From Candidatus Saccharimonadota bacterium (GTDB taxonomy: Bacteria > Patescibacteriota > Saccharimonadia > Saccharimonadales > SLHW01): a stretch of 64,000 nt of DNA. Positions 18,032 through 27,811 of this stretch are shown one piece after another (the first letter of the stretch is position 1; each line of letters starts with the position of its first letter). The notes beneath the pieces are model-generated. The model worked only from the letters and a program-made list of their open reading frames with translations. It did no database searches and was not told where the DNA came from. Made by a program: the position numbers and the translations under genes. The stretch lies in contig JAGXIU010000002.1 of the NCBI GenBank assembly GCA_024635455.1, forward strand, positions 172,309 to 236,308. The letters are read 5' to 3'.

Positions 18032-18892
18032 TTAACTTTTCTTTTTGTTGGCAGGTTGGTGCAAAACCATTTGTGGAAATGGTATTTCGACATCGTTTTT
18101 ATCAAAGGCAGCTTTTAGGCGACGGCGAAACTCACCAGCAACTGCCCATCGTTGATCGGCTGTCGTTTTACCGAGGATTTTGATAACAACAGATGAGTCG
18201 GCGAAGGAGTCAACTCGCAAAAATGCTGGAGCTTCAATGATGGCTTCTCTCCAGTCTGCATCATGAGCCATGGTTTCACCAACATCATTGATGACTTTTT
18301 CGACCTTGTCGATGTCTGCGTTGTAGCTGACACCAATATCTATATTTACGTTAGAAAATTCCATTGTCATATTAGTAGCAACCTGGATGTACCCATTCGG
18401 TACGTGATGCACCATGCCATCAAGGTCCCGCAACACAGTCTCGCGTAGGGTAATTTTCTCGACCATCCCAACGACTTCACTATTTACCTGGACCACGTCA
18501 CCGACACGGTATTGATTCTCGAATATAATAAGCAGGCCAGTTAAGCCATCCTTCACGATAGACTGCGCCCCAAAACCAAGCGCTACACCGATAACACCTG
18601 CTCCAGCTAATAGCGGAGCTATATTGACGCCGAACTCCTCCAGGAGCATCATGCCGGCGATAATCCAGATACCGATGCGCAAGGCAGTACTGATAATGTC
18701 TATGAGGGTCTTTTCTCGCTTTTCTTCAGCAATCTTGAACGCTATATTATCGTGATGGACGGCTCGCTTCACAACACGGCTCACGAGGACCATGGCGAAC
18801 TTTCGAGAAAGATAGGCTGCGCCAACGATAAGTGCGACTGCAAAAGCATGCTGATTAAAGAATTGTTCAATTGTCTCAACTGTTGTTTCCAT
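18032..18892 (-). CDS. Small-conductance mechanosensitive channel (MscS family)
   Basis: Three N-terminal TM segments followed by the MscS beta domain (YRVGDVVQVN...GMVEKITLRETVLRDLDG). Confidence 0.85.
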   Translation of the reverse strand: METTVETIEQFFNQHAFAVALIVGAAYLSRKFAMVLVSRVVKRAVHHDNIAFKIAEEKREKTLIDIISTALRIGIWIIAGMMLLEEFGVNIAPLLAGAGVIGVALGFGAQSIVKDGLTGLLIIFENQYRVGDVVQVNSEVVGMVEKITLRETVLRDLDGMVHHVPNGYIQVATNMTMEFSNVNIDIGVSYNADIDKVEKVINDVGETMAHDADWREAIIEAPAFLRVDSFADSSVVIKILGKTTADQRWAVAGEFRRRLKAAFDKNDVEIPFPQMVLHQPANKKKS

Positions 18893-19133
18893 GAGGCGTA
18901 GTATAGCAATAATAAGAGAGAATGTCAGTGTTGTACTAGCTTATTTTATTAATGAACATAACTATATGGTAGATAATATTGTCCACAGCTTCGCAGGATA
19001 GCCACCAGGCCCGAGATTAATCAGAAAAGACAATACGCCAGGCGAGACAGCAAGTTAATTATTGCTAAAAGTAGAGTTACTGTTTTACGTAAAGGAGTTG
19101 TTATAATTGATGCAGAAAAGGGAGAAATAAACC

Positions 19134-19460
19134 ATGACATTTAACGATTATCAGCAAGCTGCGCTAAAAACTGCGAGCAATGATAAGCCACTCGAATTTT
19201 ATCACCGTGTTCTTGGTCTTGTTGGTGAGGCTGGTGAGATAGCAGAGAAGGTTAAGAAGCTGATTCGTGACGGAGACGGCAAGACGGAATCGCTCGATAC
19301 AGAAGACATCACCAAGGAGCTTGGTGATGTGCTTTGGTATATCGCTACGATTGCTGACTATCTAGATATACCACTTGAGTCAGTGGCTACGACGAATGTA
19401 GCCAAGCTAGCCGATAGACAGAAACGCAACGCACTCAAGGGTAGTGGTGATAATCGTTAG
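19134..19460 (+). CDS. MazG-like nucleoside triphosphate pyrophosphohydrolase (small all-alpha NTP-PPase)
   Basis: LGLVGEAGEIAEKVKK and ELGDVLWYIA metal-binding helices. Confidence 0.8.
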   Translation: MTFNDYQQAALKTASNDKPLEFYHRVLGLVGEAGEIAEKVKKLIRDGDGKTESLDTEDITKELGDVLWYIATIADYLDIPLESVATTNVAKLADRQKRNALKGSGDNR

Positions 19461-20758
19461 CGAGATTTAAATTGTTGCCTGAGCCATTCATCGAGTGATC
19501 CACCGCCACCAGCTGATAAACAAAGAACCAGGTCACCCGCACGGGCATGCTGCTGAATTGTTTCAAGAAGTGATTCATTGAGTTTAGCTGGTTCAGATGG
19601 TGCGCTTGCTGTGGTTATGTCGGCCAGTCGTTGCGGTGTAAGGTCTTTGAGCGTTTCGTCTTCCCGTGCACGATATGAAGGTACGATGTATAGCCGTTCG
19701 ATTCCCGTAAACAGTGTCTTGAGGTCCTCTTTTATAAAATGCTGTCTAGTGTTGTGCAGGCCCTCATAAACAACTACGACGTCTCCGTTTGCTGTTTCTC
19801 GGGCGATCTGCAACGCACCGCGGATTTTAGCTGGGGTATGTGCGTAATCACTGTAGATATTTTTGCTTATTTCCTCGAATCTCCTACTAACCCCAGGGAA
19901 ATCGTTTAATGCAGTGATAAACTCATCAGTATCAGGCTTCTGCAATAATCGACTTATGGCTAGGGCTACAATCGATGCGTTTTTACGGTTCACGCGACCT
20001 ACCAATGTGCTCGTTTGTAGGTTATCTTCTTTGATAAGTTCTACTTTGTCTGTATCTGCTAGGCTAAGTCGCTCTGCGTCATCTGGCCAGATGAGCGTTC
20101 GCTGACTTTGAGAAATAAAGCGAGAGAAAGCCTGGTTGTACTCATTCCGCGTTGGGTAGATATCTGGATGGTCCCAATCAATACCAGTGATTATACTCAT
20201 AGCTGGCTGGAAGGTCAGAAAATTCTTGTCAAACTCATCAGCCTCGTAGATGAAATACTTTGATTGTTTATCGTATTGCCCCATACTCCCGAAACTGAGT
20301 TTGGCCCCAACTGAATAACTTATAGGGATATTCAGCTGCTTAAGTAACCATATAACCATAGCTGTAGTGGTCGTTTTGCCATGCGTGCCAGCAATAGCGA
20401 TCATCTTTAGGTTATTGTCTTCTAGGAAGTTCGCGATAAATTCGTCACGTTTGCTGGTTTTTATATCGTTCTCACGGCAAAACTGTAACTCTGCACTATC
20501 CGATTGCTCCATAGCCACAGCTGAAGAATATACAAGCCAATCAATTGGGGTCTTGGCGTGAACGTGTTCGATGGCAACACGGTCCTGACCAATGCTGATA
20601 TTGGTAATTCCTTGACTTTTGAGGTAGTCAATATAATCAGAGGGCTGTTTATCAGAGCCAGATACGACATACCCAGCTTGGTGGGCTATTTGAGCGAGTG
20701 GACCAATGGCTGTTCCGCCGATACCGCTGAAGAATACGTGCATATGTATATGGTACAC
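19457..20758 (-). CDS. Mur ligase family protein (MurC/Mpl-like)
   Basis: N-terminal GIGGTAIGPLAQIAHQAGYVVSGSD and P-loop IAGTHGKTTTTAMV. I cannot tell MurC from Mpl by eye. Confidence 0.75.
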   Translation of the reverse strand: MYHIHMHVFFSGIGGTAIGPLAQIAHQAGYVVSGSDKQPSDYIDYLKSQGITNISIGQDRVAIEHVHAKTPIDWLVYSSAVAMEQSDSAELQFCRENDIKTSKRDEFIANFLEDNNLKMIAIAGTHGKTTTTAMVIWLLKQLNIPISYSVGAKLSFGSMGQYDKQSKYFIYEADEFDKNFLTFQPAMSIITGIDWDHPDIYPTRNEYNQAFSRFISQSQRTLIWPDDAERLSLADTDKVELIKEDNLQTSTLVGRVNRKNASIVALAISRLLQKPDTDEFITALNDFPGVSRRFEEISKNIYSDYAHTPAKIRGALQIARETANGDVVVVYEGLHNTRQHFIKEDLKTLFTGIERLYIVPSYRAREDETLKDLTPQRLADITTASAPSEPAKLNESLLETIQQHARAGDLVLCLSAGGGGSLDEWLRQQFKSR

Positions 20759-20795
20759 TGATTATGAGCGAAAAAGTAAAACAAAAACCCCCCTA

Positions 20796-21995
20796 ATGAT
20801 ACAAGCACTTATTAATCGATTCCTTCGGCACCGACATTTCTGGCGTCATGCCACGTTTGATGAATTGAGCCAAATTTATATTAGTAGCTTTTTTCGGATG
20901 ATGGCGTTTAGCCTAGTCGGTATATTTATACCGCTATTTCTATATGACTTAAACTATTCACTCGGTGCAATTTTTGGTTTTTATGTAGCCTATTTTGCTG
21001 CTCGTAGCTTAACGCATCTCCCAGCTGGATTATTAGTGGCTCGTATCGGCCCAAAACACTCTATGATTGTGAGTTTTTTGTTGCAGCTCGTTTCTTCAGT
21101 GATATTTCTGACGTTACCCGATTTTGCTTGGCCACTTTGGGTGGTCGCTTTGATTTTCGCTGCGGCGAACAGCCTATTCTTTACGGCATATCATGTTGAT
21201 TTTTCTAAGGTAAAACATAGTGAGCATGGCGGCAAGGAAATGGGCTTTGCCAGTATCGTTCAGCGTATCGGTGGGGCAATAGGTCCGGTGATCGGTGGAG
21301 TACTCGCTACAGTCTTTGGTCCGCAGTATATCTTCCTTGCAATGATATTGCTGCTGCTGATTGCACTTGGCCCCCTGTTAACATCACCAGAGCCAATACG
21401 AGTCCGCCAGAAAATACGGTTTCGTAATATCCGTCTACGCTCGATTACTCGGGACCTTGTATCATTCACGGGGTTGACCATATCCCACCAACTCTCAGTC
21501 TCGCTTTGGCCGCTGTATCTTGGGATATTCGCACTCGGTGCCAACGCATATTTGAAGTTGGGTGCCTTGAGTTCGGTCGGCTTTGTCGTATCGATATTCA
21601 CAGCATATGCAATCGGTAAAATCGTTGATAAAAAGCGCGGCCGAAGTCTACTAAGAATATCTGCCATGAGTGACGTGTTTATCCAGTTAGTGAAGCCATT
21701 CGTAAACACATTACCATTTGCATTTGTCGTAAACACTGCTGGTGATTCAACCGCTGTTGCTATGCGTATTTCTTTTCAGAAGGGTATGTATGATGCAGCT
21801 GACGATCAGCCCGGCAATCGAATCGTCTATATAACATTGCTAGAAACTGCCGGCTCTGTCGTAAAAACAATTATATGGGTGGCACTACTCTTAGTGGGTT
21901 ACGCAGTAAGCTTTGAAATTGCTATCATCGTCGGCTTTGTCGTAGCGGCGTTATCAAACTTCCTAACGGTGAGCGAGCGGTTCAAGGGGCTATAA
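20796..21995 (+). CDS. MFS-type transporter
   Basis: About 12 hydrophobic segments. I use the ATG at 20796 because the track start at 20706 overlaps the divergent Mur ligase gene. Confidence 0.65.
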   Translation: MIQALINRFLRHRHFWRHATFDELSQIYISSFFRMMAFSLVGIFIPLFLYDLNYSLGAIFGFYVAYFAARSLTHLPAGLLVARIGPKHSMIVSFLLQLVSSVIFLTLPDFAWPLWVVALIFAAANSLFFTAYHVDFSKVKHSEHGGKEMGFASIVQRIGGAIGPVIGGVLATVFGPQYIFLAMILLLLIALGPLLTSPEPIRVRQKIRFRNIRLRSITRDLVSFTGLTISHQLSVSLWPLYLGIFALGANAYLKLGALSSVGFVVSIFTAYAIGKIVDKKRGRSLLRISAMSDVFIQLVKPFVNTLPFAFVVNTAGDSTAVAMRISFQKGMYDAADDQPGNRIVYITLLETAGSVVKTIIWVALLLVGYAVSFEIAIIVGFVVAALSNFLTVSERFKGL

Positions 21996-22002
21996 TAGAT
22001 AT

Positions 22003-22611
22003 ATGCACAAGCGACTACTTCATCACTACGAAAAACGCCTCCGTCCAATATCTGGTTGGTATCTACTGATTGCAACAGTTTTTTTCTTGAGTATCGGGGC
22101 ATTTGCACTACGACAGAACAATTTACGTATGATCGAGCTTCGTGATCAAGTTTTCCAGGCCGATGAGTCAGGTGAGGGTGTTGAGAGCGCTTTGCGTGAT
22201 CTTCGTGCCCACGTACACAGTCATATGAACGCAGATCTTACCTCTAGCGATACGGCAATTCATCCACCAATCCAGCTGCAGCATACCTATGAGCGCCTAG
22301 TGGACAAAGAACAAGCTCGGGTTCGTGCCGCAAACCAATCAGTCTACCAGGATGCTGAGCGTATTTGTGAGGGGCGTTTTCCTGCAGGCCGCTTGGCTAA
22401 TGGGCGTGTCCAGTGCGTCGAGCAATATGTACTTGAAAACGGTATACAGGCAAAAGAGATGCCCAAAGAGCTCTATCAATTTGATTTTGTTGCTCCTCGC
22501 TGGTCACCAGACCTCGCTGGTTGGAGCTTATTGCTCGGATTCATTGCTGGATTCTTCTTACTAATTCGCACAAGTGTTGCACTGTGGTTGCGTCACCGAT
22601 TGAACCAATAA
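22003..22611 (+). CDS. Hypothetical protein with N- and C-terminal TM segments
   Basis: Intact ORF followed by a terminator hairpin. Confidence 0.5.
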   Translation: MHKRLLHHYEKRLRPISGWYLLIATVFFLSIGAFALRQNNLRMIELRDQVFQADESGEGVESALRDLRAHVHSHMNADLTSSDTAIHPPIQLQHTYERLVDKEQARVRAANQSVYQDAERICEGRFPAGRLANGRVQCVEQYVLENGIQAKEMPKELYQFDFVAPRWSPDLAGWSLLLGFIAGFFLLIRTSVALWLRHRLNQ

Positions 22612-22612
22612 A

Positions 22613-22640
22613 ATAACCCCTTGAGTTCACAAGGGGTTAT
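22613..22640. terminator. Bidirectional terminator hairpin between convergent genes
   Basis: ATAACCCCTT-gagttcac-AAGGGGTTAT, flanked by A-rich sequence upstream and T-rich sequence downstream. Confidence 0.6.
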
Positions 22641-22664
22641 TTGTTATTACGACAGGCCTAAGAC

Positions 22665-23396
22665 TTATTCGAGGTTTAGATCTTCGTCGTTTGCACTTGC
22701 ACCAGTGTCGTTTGGCGCATCAGTTCCTGTTGGAGCAGTTTGTTGTTGTCCAGCCCCGGCAGCTCCTGCCTCTTGGGATGTATCACAATCTTGTCCGTCA
22801 GGATTTTCTTCTCTGTAGGTAGCTATTGCTTCCGTTACATCACCGTCACCCTTTAGGTTTTCCCAGAAAACAACTTGCTCTCTATTTATGAGCATCTCAT
22901 CTTGTGGGCCGTGTAGCTCACAACCTAATTTCACAAGTGATATGTCATCTCCTTGGGGTAGTTGACCTTCTTCAGTTGGTTGTACTTGTTGGTTGACGCG
23001 TAAGTAGTAAATGTCTACGAGGCGTAAGAATTTGTTGTTTAGATCAGTCGTCTTACCAAAGTAAACTTGGCCACCATTTAGGAAGACTGCTTGATATGCA
23101 TCATCTTCAACGTAGCGAGCTTCGTTTTTGTTTGGTCCACCGATAACCATGTAAGTTATGAGTGCGATTACCAAAATCGTTGCAGAGAACAACAGGGCAA
23201 TTGAAGCGAACTTCATGTTTAGAAATTTTCGTTTGCTTGTTTCGCTTGGCTTCTTACCACTTGAGCTAAACAAGTCACTGTTTGATTTAGGCGCAGCTGG
23301 ATTTGCTACCGGATTGGCAGGATTGCCTTGCTGCCCACTTTGATTACTCGCGTTTGGTTGTGTTGGTCGACCACCACGATTTGCGTTTAAGTCCAT
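22665..23396 (-). CDS. Hypothetical membrane-anchored protein
   Basis: Low-complexity N-terminus, TM segment IALLFSATILVIALITYMVI, acidic C-terminus. Confidence 0.5.
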   Translation of the reverse strand: MDLNANRGGRPTQPNASNQSGQQGNPANPVANPAAPKSNSDLFSSSGKKPSETSKRKFLNMKFASIALLFSATILVIALITYMVIGGPNKNEARYVEDDAYQAVFLNGGQVYFGKTTDLNNKFLRLVDIYYLRVNQQVQPTEEGQLPQGDDISLVKLGCELHGPQDEMLINREQVVFWENLKGDGDVTEAIATYREENPDGQDCDTSQEAGAAGAGQQQTAPTGTDAPNDTGASANDEDLNLE

Positions 23397-23603
23397 AGAA
23401 TTTAACCACCTTTACATTTTCTTTATACAATCTACATTGTAATGCATAAGCATGTTTGCTTGCAACTACTTCTTGCGTTAAAGATATTTCTCCCTGTATA
23501 ACACCTTGAGAGGAGTAGATTTTACGACGACCCCTTGACAAGAGTAATCTGACAGGCGTATGGTGTAATCACTATTAGTTAAGAGAGAGGGAGAAGTCAA
23601 ACT

Positions 23604-23804
23604 ATGGCTTACAAGCACACAAATTCAAAAGGTGTCACATATTACTTGAACTCAAAGGAAGTCACACTTCGTGGCGGAAAACTTCAGACAATTTATTACT
23701 TCAGTAAGGACGAGCGTTCTGAGACTGCTACTGATCTACCAGCAGGTATGGAAGTAAACGAAAACCCACGCAACGGCTTCTTAACCGTTAAGCGAACAAA
23801 ATAG
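23604..23804 (+). CDS. Small conserved-looking hypothetical protein (66 aa)
   Basis: GGGAGAAG RBS upstream and a strong terminator downstream. Confidence 0.55.
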   Translation: MAYKHTNSKGVTYYLNSKEVTLRGGKLQTIYYFSKDERSETATDLPAGMEVNENPRNGFLTVKRTK

Positions 23805-23823
23805 TACATACTATTTCGAAGAG

Positions 23824-23856
23824 ATGCACCGGCTATACCGCCGGTGCATTTTTTTT
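23824..23856 (+). terminator. Rho-independent terminator
   Basis: ATGCACCGGC-tatacc-GCCGGTGCAT (10-bp stem) followed by a T8 run. Confidence 0.8.
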
Positions 23857-23870
23857 GATAAAATACTTCA

Positions 23871-24629
23871 ATGAGTAACGCTATTCTTGAAGTTAAAAAT
23901 CTAAAAAAAGCCTACGGCTCTAATATGGCCGTTGATGGTGTGAGTTTTAGTGTAAAGCGGGGTGAAGTGTTCGGCATACTTGGCCCGAATGGTGCTGGCA
24001 AAACGACCACGCTAGAAATGATTGAAGCTATGCGGCCAATAGATGGTGGTACGTGCGTATTGGACGGGATAGATGTGTCCAAGAACTCTCGCAAAATTAA
24101 GCAGATGATCGGTGTGCAGCCTCAAACAGCTTCATTCGAAGAAAAAACAAAATTGACCGAGCTACTAGAGTTTTTTGCCTCAACCTACGGGGAGCGAGTC
24201 GACACGACAAAGTTACTTGCTGATATGCAGCTAAGCGAGAAGGCCGACGCCTATCCAGAGAGCTTATCTGGTGGTCAGCGCCAGCGATTTTCTATCGCCG
24301 CAGCGCTGGTAAATAAACCAACAGTATTATTTTTAGACGAACCGACAACCGGGCTTGACCCTCAGGCTCGCCGCAACTTATGGGACCTCATAGAGTCGAT
24401 ACGCGATAATGGTGTCACAGTTATATTGACGACCCATTATATGGACGAAGCAGAAAAGCTTTGTGACCGAGTGGCAATTATGGACGGAGGTAAAATCATT
24501 GCACTAGACAGTCCTGACAAACTCATTAAGAAGCTCCTTAAACGTGGCTTCAAAAAAGAAAAGCAAGTCGCGCAGGCGAATCTTGAAGATGTATTCATAG
24601 ACTTAACAGGCAAGGAGTTGCGGGCATGA
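23871..24629 (+). CDS. ABC transporter ATP-binding protein (ABC-2 type)
   Basis: Walker A GPNGAGKTT, signature LSGGQRQR, Walker B LFLDEPTTGLD. Confidence 0.9.
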   Translation: MSNAILEVKNLKKAYGSNMAVDGVSFSVKRGEVFGILGPNGAGKTTTLEMIEAMRPIDGGTCVLDGIDVSKNSRKIKQMIGVQPQTASFEEKTKLTELLEFFASTYGERVDTTKLLADMQLSEKADAYPESLSGGQRQRFSIAAALVNKPTVLFLDEPTTGLDPQARRNLWDLIESIRDNGVTVILTTHYMDEAEKLCDRVAIMDGGKIIALDSPDKLIKKLLKRGFKKEKQVAQANLEDVFIDLTGKELRA

Positions 24630-25735
24630 TGAAGCAATTACGACCAGTTTTTACTTTTGCTAAGATCGATATCCGTCGACTTTTCCGAGATAAGACCGGA
24701 ATATTCTTTATCTTTGTATTCCCTCTGATTTTCTTGTTGGTTTTCGGTGGTATATTCGGACGCGAAACTGACATTTCATTCAACATTGGCCTTATCAACA
24801 ACTCAGACAGTGCGTTTTCGCAAAACTTTGTCGAGCAGCTGGAGGAAAACGAGGTCTTCACTATCAACGAAGAGGTTTCGTCAGAAGAGCAGGCGCTCGA
24901 GGAGATGAACCGCGGGTCAGTCGACGCACTGATTACGCTCCCAGAGGGTTTCGGTGCAGTATCGGATGAAGCTGGCTATCCGAGTGGCACTGCCGAAGTT
25001 CTCTATGACCGAGGTAACGAGCAGGCCGGCGTAACTCTTGGCTCCATTCTCGAGAGCGTATTTGCGGAAATTAACGCCGAGTTCGTCATTGTTGAAACAC
25101 CATTCACTGTCGCGGTTGAGGCGACGGAGATAGAGGGTTTAACCACGCTTGATTATATTTTCTCTGGTTTGCTCGGGTTTACTATCCTCTCACTCGGGGT
25201 ATTCGGTCCAACAACTGTTTTCCCACGCATGAAGGAACGAGGCATCTTGCGTCGTTATCACACGACGCCTATTCGTGTATGGCAGTACTTTGCTGCTAAC
25301 GTGTTGTCTAACTCATTCGTTGGCCTTATGGCGGTCGCCTTGATGTTCGTTGTAGCAGTGATGCTGTTCGACGTGTCCATGAGGGGTGACTACATTAGCT
25401 TAATACTGCTGACTATTCTTGGTACCATCGTGTTGTTTGGTGTTGGCTTGGCTGCCGGTGGTTGGGCAAAAAATGAGAATCAGGCAGCACCATTGGCTAA
25501 CTTAGTAGCGTTTCCAATGATGTTTTTGAGCGGTGTTTTCTTCCCGCGATTCCTTATGCCTGAGTGGTTACAGACAGTTTCGAACTTCTTCCCGCTAACA
25601 CCACTTATCGATGGACTACGACTGATTATTACAGAAGGGCGAACGTTGCTTGAGCTTGGGCCGGAGCTTGCCATGCTCGGTGGTTGGTTGGTGTTGATTT
25701 ATTTGGTGGCCTTTCGGGTATTTCGCTGGGAATAG
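24626..25735 (+). CDS. ABC-2 family transporter permease
   Basis: ATGA start/stop overlap with the ATPase gene. One N-terminal TM segment, a large extracytoplasmic loop, then five TM segments. Confidence 0.8.
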   Translation: MMKQLRPVFTFAKIDIRRLFRDKTGIFFIFVFPLIFLLVFGGIFGRETDISFNIGLINNSDSAFSQNFVEQLEENEVFTINEEVSSEEQALEEMNRGSVDALITLPEGFGAVSDEAGYPSGTAEVLYDRGNEQAGVTLGSILESVFAEINAEFVIVETPFTVAVEATEIEGLTTLDYIFSGLLGFTILSLGVFGPTTVFPRMKERGILRRYHTTPIRVWQYFAANVLSNSFVGLMAVALMFVVAVMLFDVSMRGDYISLILLTILGTIVLFGVGLAAGGWAKNENQAAPLANLVAFPMMFLSGVFFPRFLMPEWLQTVSNFFPLTPLIDGLRLIITEGRTLLELGPELAMLGGWLVLIYLVAFRVFRWE

Positions 25736-25907
25736 CGACTGGAAACTAGGGGTCAGGATCTAGTAATTAGGGATTTGTCTTTTGCTTTGCAAAAGAAAAC
25801 ATACTTTTGTCTCCAGCTACAAAAGTATGCAAAAGAGCCGCAGGCAGCTCATCACATGCCTACTAAGCCGATAGTCAAAAATAGGCTCGCTGTGGAACTC
25901 ACAAAAA

Positions 25908-25932
25908 CAGTGCCACCAGCACTGTTTTTCCT
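25908..25932. terminator. Bidirectional terminator-like hairpin
   Basis: CAGTGC-cacca-GCACTG, with an A-run upstream (acaaaaa) and a T-run downstream (TTTTT). Confidence 0.5.
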
Positions 25933-26139
25933 CAAACAGTCCTCGCGACCAAGTACGCCTCTTTTTCACATCGTCTTAATCGGTTGCAATGAGAGCCTGA
26001 GCACCCAGGATTGGTAACAGTCAACTATTGTCTGTGCGGCTCACCAATCAGTTCGGTCAAAGCCTGTAATTAGCGGCTAGGGATTAATAAGCAGGGGTTA
26101 GGGTTGAACGCGCACATCGATGTCCGTGTTGGGTTCTGG

Positions 26140-26168
26140 TTGCTGATTATGCTTAAGTGTGATATAAT
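26140..26168 (+). promoter_or_regulatory. Promoter TTGCTG-17-TATAAT, 7 nt before the ATG at 26176 (leaderless configuration)
   Basis: Hexamers at 26140-26145 and 26163-26168, read directly. Confidence 0.45.
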
Positions 26169-26175
26169 ATATTAC

Positions 26176-26499
26176 ATGTCAGAATTTAAAAGTAATCCTA
26201 ACAAGAATATGCGCGATGATATGAATCGTGGCGTAAGCCCTGATTCTTTAGAGGATTTAGGTTATGATGTTCCTAAACATATGTTGAGAGATGACTTTGC
26301 CCCAGATATTGAACAGACTGAATATCCATTTGATGATACAGAGCCTCAGTCAGAAGACGAGCCACAAACTCGTTCGACGCGTCAGCAGCTTGGTAGAGTG
26401 ACAATTGCTCAGGCCAGGGAGAACGCACGTAAGCACGAAGCACAGCACCGCCAACGTCGTGGTGAAGAGCGTCGCATCAATCTGCCCCGCCCAGAATAG
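26176..26499 (+). CDS. Hypothetical charged protein (107 aa)
   Basis: Internal ATG of track ORF 26104..26499, placed right after the promoter. Acidic centre and an Arg-rich C-terminus. Confidence 0.4.
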   Translation: MSEFKSNPNKNMRDDMNRGVSPDSLEDLGYDVPKHMLRDDFAPDIEQTEYPFDDTEPQSEDEPQTRSTRQQLGRVTIAQARENARKHEAQHRQRRGEERRINLPRPE

Positions 26500-26536
26500 T
26501 AACGTAATTTTTCTATACACAACTCTCGAGTAATAG

Positions 26537-27811
26537 ATGTCTAAAATTGAGCAAGAGCAACTTATTGTGAGTAATGAGCGCACGCAGCACTATGCGGTGC
26601 GTGACTTCTCTGAGAGCGGTCCGGCAGTCAATCTGCTGGAGCGTAATATTCGACTGCAAAACGTGCTTGATCTGCTCAAAGAAAAACAGCGTCTAGAGAA
26701 TTACCGCTGGGTGCTGGGTCGAGACACTGATTTAGACGATGAGGTTCGCGACGCCCGAGTGGAGTCGACCAGTGCATCAATAATAAATGTCACCAAGCAC
26801 ACGAAAGAGCAGTTCGCCCACGCTGCTGGTATGTATGCCTTAATCGATAGTGGTGTCGATGAGCACATCGCCCGCCGAACCACACGCTCGGCTTTTTCAG
26901 ATTTTTTGCAGCGTGGCTCAGGAATTCGTGATGATAAGAAGGCAAAAGCGTTGCGCACCAGGCTAGAGGAGGCTTATCCGCTGATTGAAGCGACGACACC
27001 GATAGATATTCCTATGAATGAAGCTGAGGCAACTGCTGAAGAGCCGCCAGGTACGAGCAGGGTATCACGTGAACGACGAGCCGCTCGAGAAGATATTATG
27101 CGAATCCGCAGCGATGACCGGGCAGGTTTTTTGCCGGCAACTCACAAGGAAAAGAACTTGGTCTTGCCATGGCTTGATTACCTCGATAATCCGGATCGTC
27201 CGCGGGGAGTCTGGCACCAACTTGAAGAAGTCTTTGCTCATCAGCAAAAGCATCACCACGGCATCAGCGGCGGAGTTGAGGCGTTGCGCAGCATTGTCTA
27301 CGAGGTTACGGATTACGCGAACAACGCTGGAGCATCGGTTCATGCACTAGAAGATCTTCAAGCGCGCATCGACGACCTTGTGCACTATCGCTACAGTTTA
27401 GCGGAAGAGTTTGGCGATAGCCACGATGCCTACGCGGTACTGGCACGGCATATCGATATCACAGGCTTGTTGCGCCAGAATCCACGTAGCACGGCAGATA
27501 TGATGACAACCAAAGAAGTTCGGTGGGAGCACGAAGGTTCAGGCAAGCACAAGCGTATCGAAGACCAATACACGACCGAAACACCCACCGAGGCTTATCA
27601 GAAACGAATCGAAACAGTAGCCGCAACGCCAATTGTGGAGGTTCGTTCCGTTATCGCTGCTGCGCTGTTATCAGAACGTCGTCGCGCCGGATTTTATACA
27701 GCGCGACTGGAGGAGATTGTCTCGCACGCTCCACGCAGTCGTTATATGCAAGAAGTGACACGTATTGCCCAAGAGGCGCTTGGTACGTACACTGATAAAG
27801 ATGAAAAATAG
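26537..27811 (+). CDS. Hypothetical protein (424 aa)
   Basis: Long intact ORF with no recognisable motif and no TM segment. Confidence 0.55.
   Translation: MSKIEQEQLIVSNERTQHYAVRDFSESGPAVNLLERNIRLQNVLDLLKEKQRLENYRWVLGRDTDLDDEVRDARVESTSASIINVTKHTKEQFAHAAGMYALIDSGVDEHIARRTTRSAFSDFLQRGSGIRDDKKAKALRTRLEEAYPLIEATTPIDIPMNEAEATAEEPPGTSRVSRERRAAREDIMRIRSDDRAGFLPATHKEKNLVLPWLDYLDNPDRPRGVWHQLEEVFAHQQKHHHGISGGVEALRSIVYEVTDYANNAGASVHALEDLQARIDDLVHYRYSLAEEFGDSHDAYAVLARHIDITGLLRQNPRSTADMMTTKEVRWEHEGSGKHKRIEDQYTTETPTEAYQKRIETVAATPIVEVRSVIAAALLSERRRAGFYTARLEEIVSHAPRSRYMQEVTRIAQEALGTYTDKDEK

Noticed and set aside
18960-19133. Possible ykkC-like (guanidine/ppGpp/PRPP-type) riboswitch upstream of the MazG-like gene. 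The hint is AGGCCCGAGA and GCCAGGCGAGA, which resemble GGUCCGAGAG and GCCCGGGAGA.
   Set aside because: The other invariant ykkC elements (CUAGGGUUCCG, ACACGG, ACGGCGGGA) are absent, and I could not draw the two-domain fold. Only a covariance-model search (RF00442) could rescue it.
25775-26017. 80-aa plus-strand ORF in the structured intergenic interval.
   Set aside because: It spans a terminator hairpin and perfect DNA palindromes, has no RBS and has an implausible composition.
25740-26100. tmRNA, RNase P or SRP RNA in the long intergenic region. It begins with GGGGTCAGGATCT, reminiscent of a tmRNA 5' end.
   Set aside because: There is no tRNA-like T-arm or CCA-proximal acceptor, no tag-peptide reading frame ending in a hydrophobic tail, and no P4 or SRP domain IV motifs on either strand.
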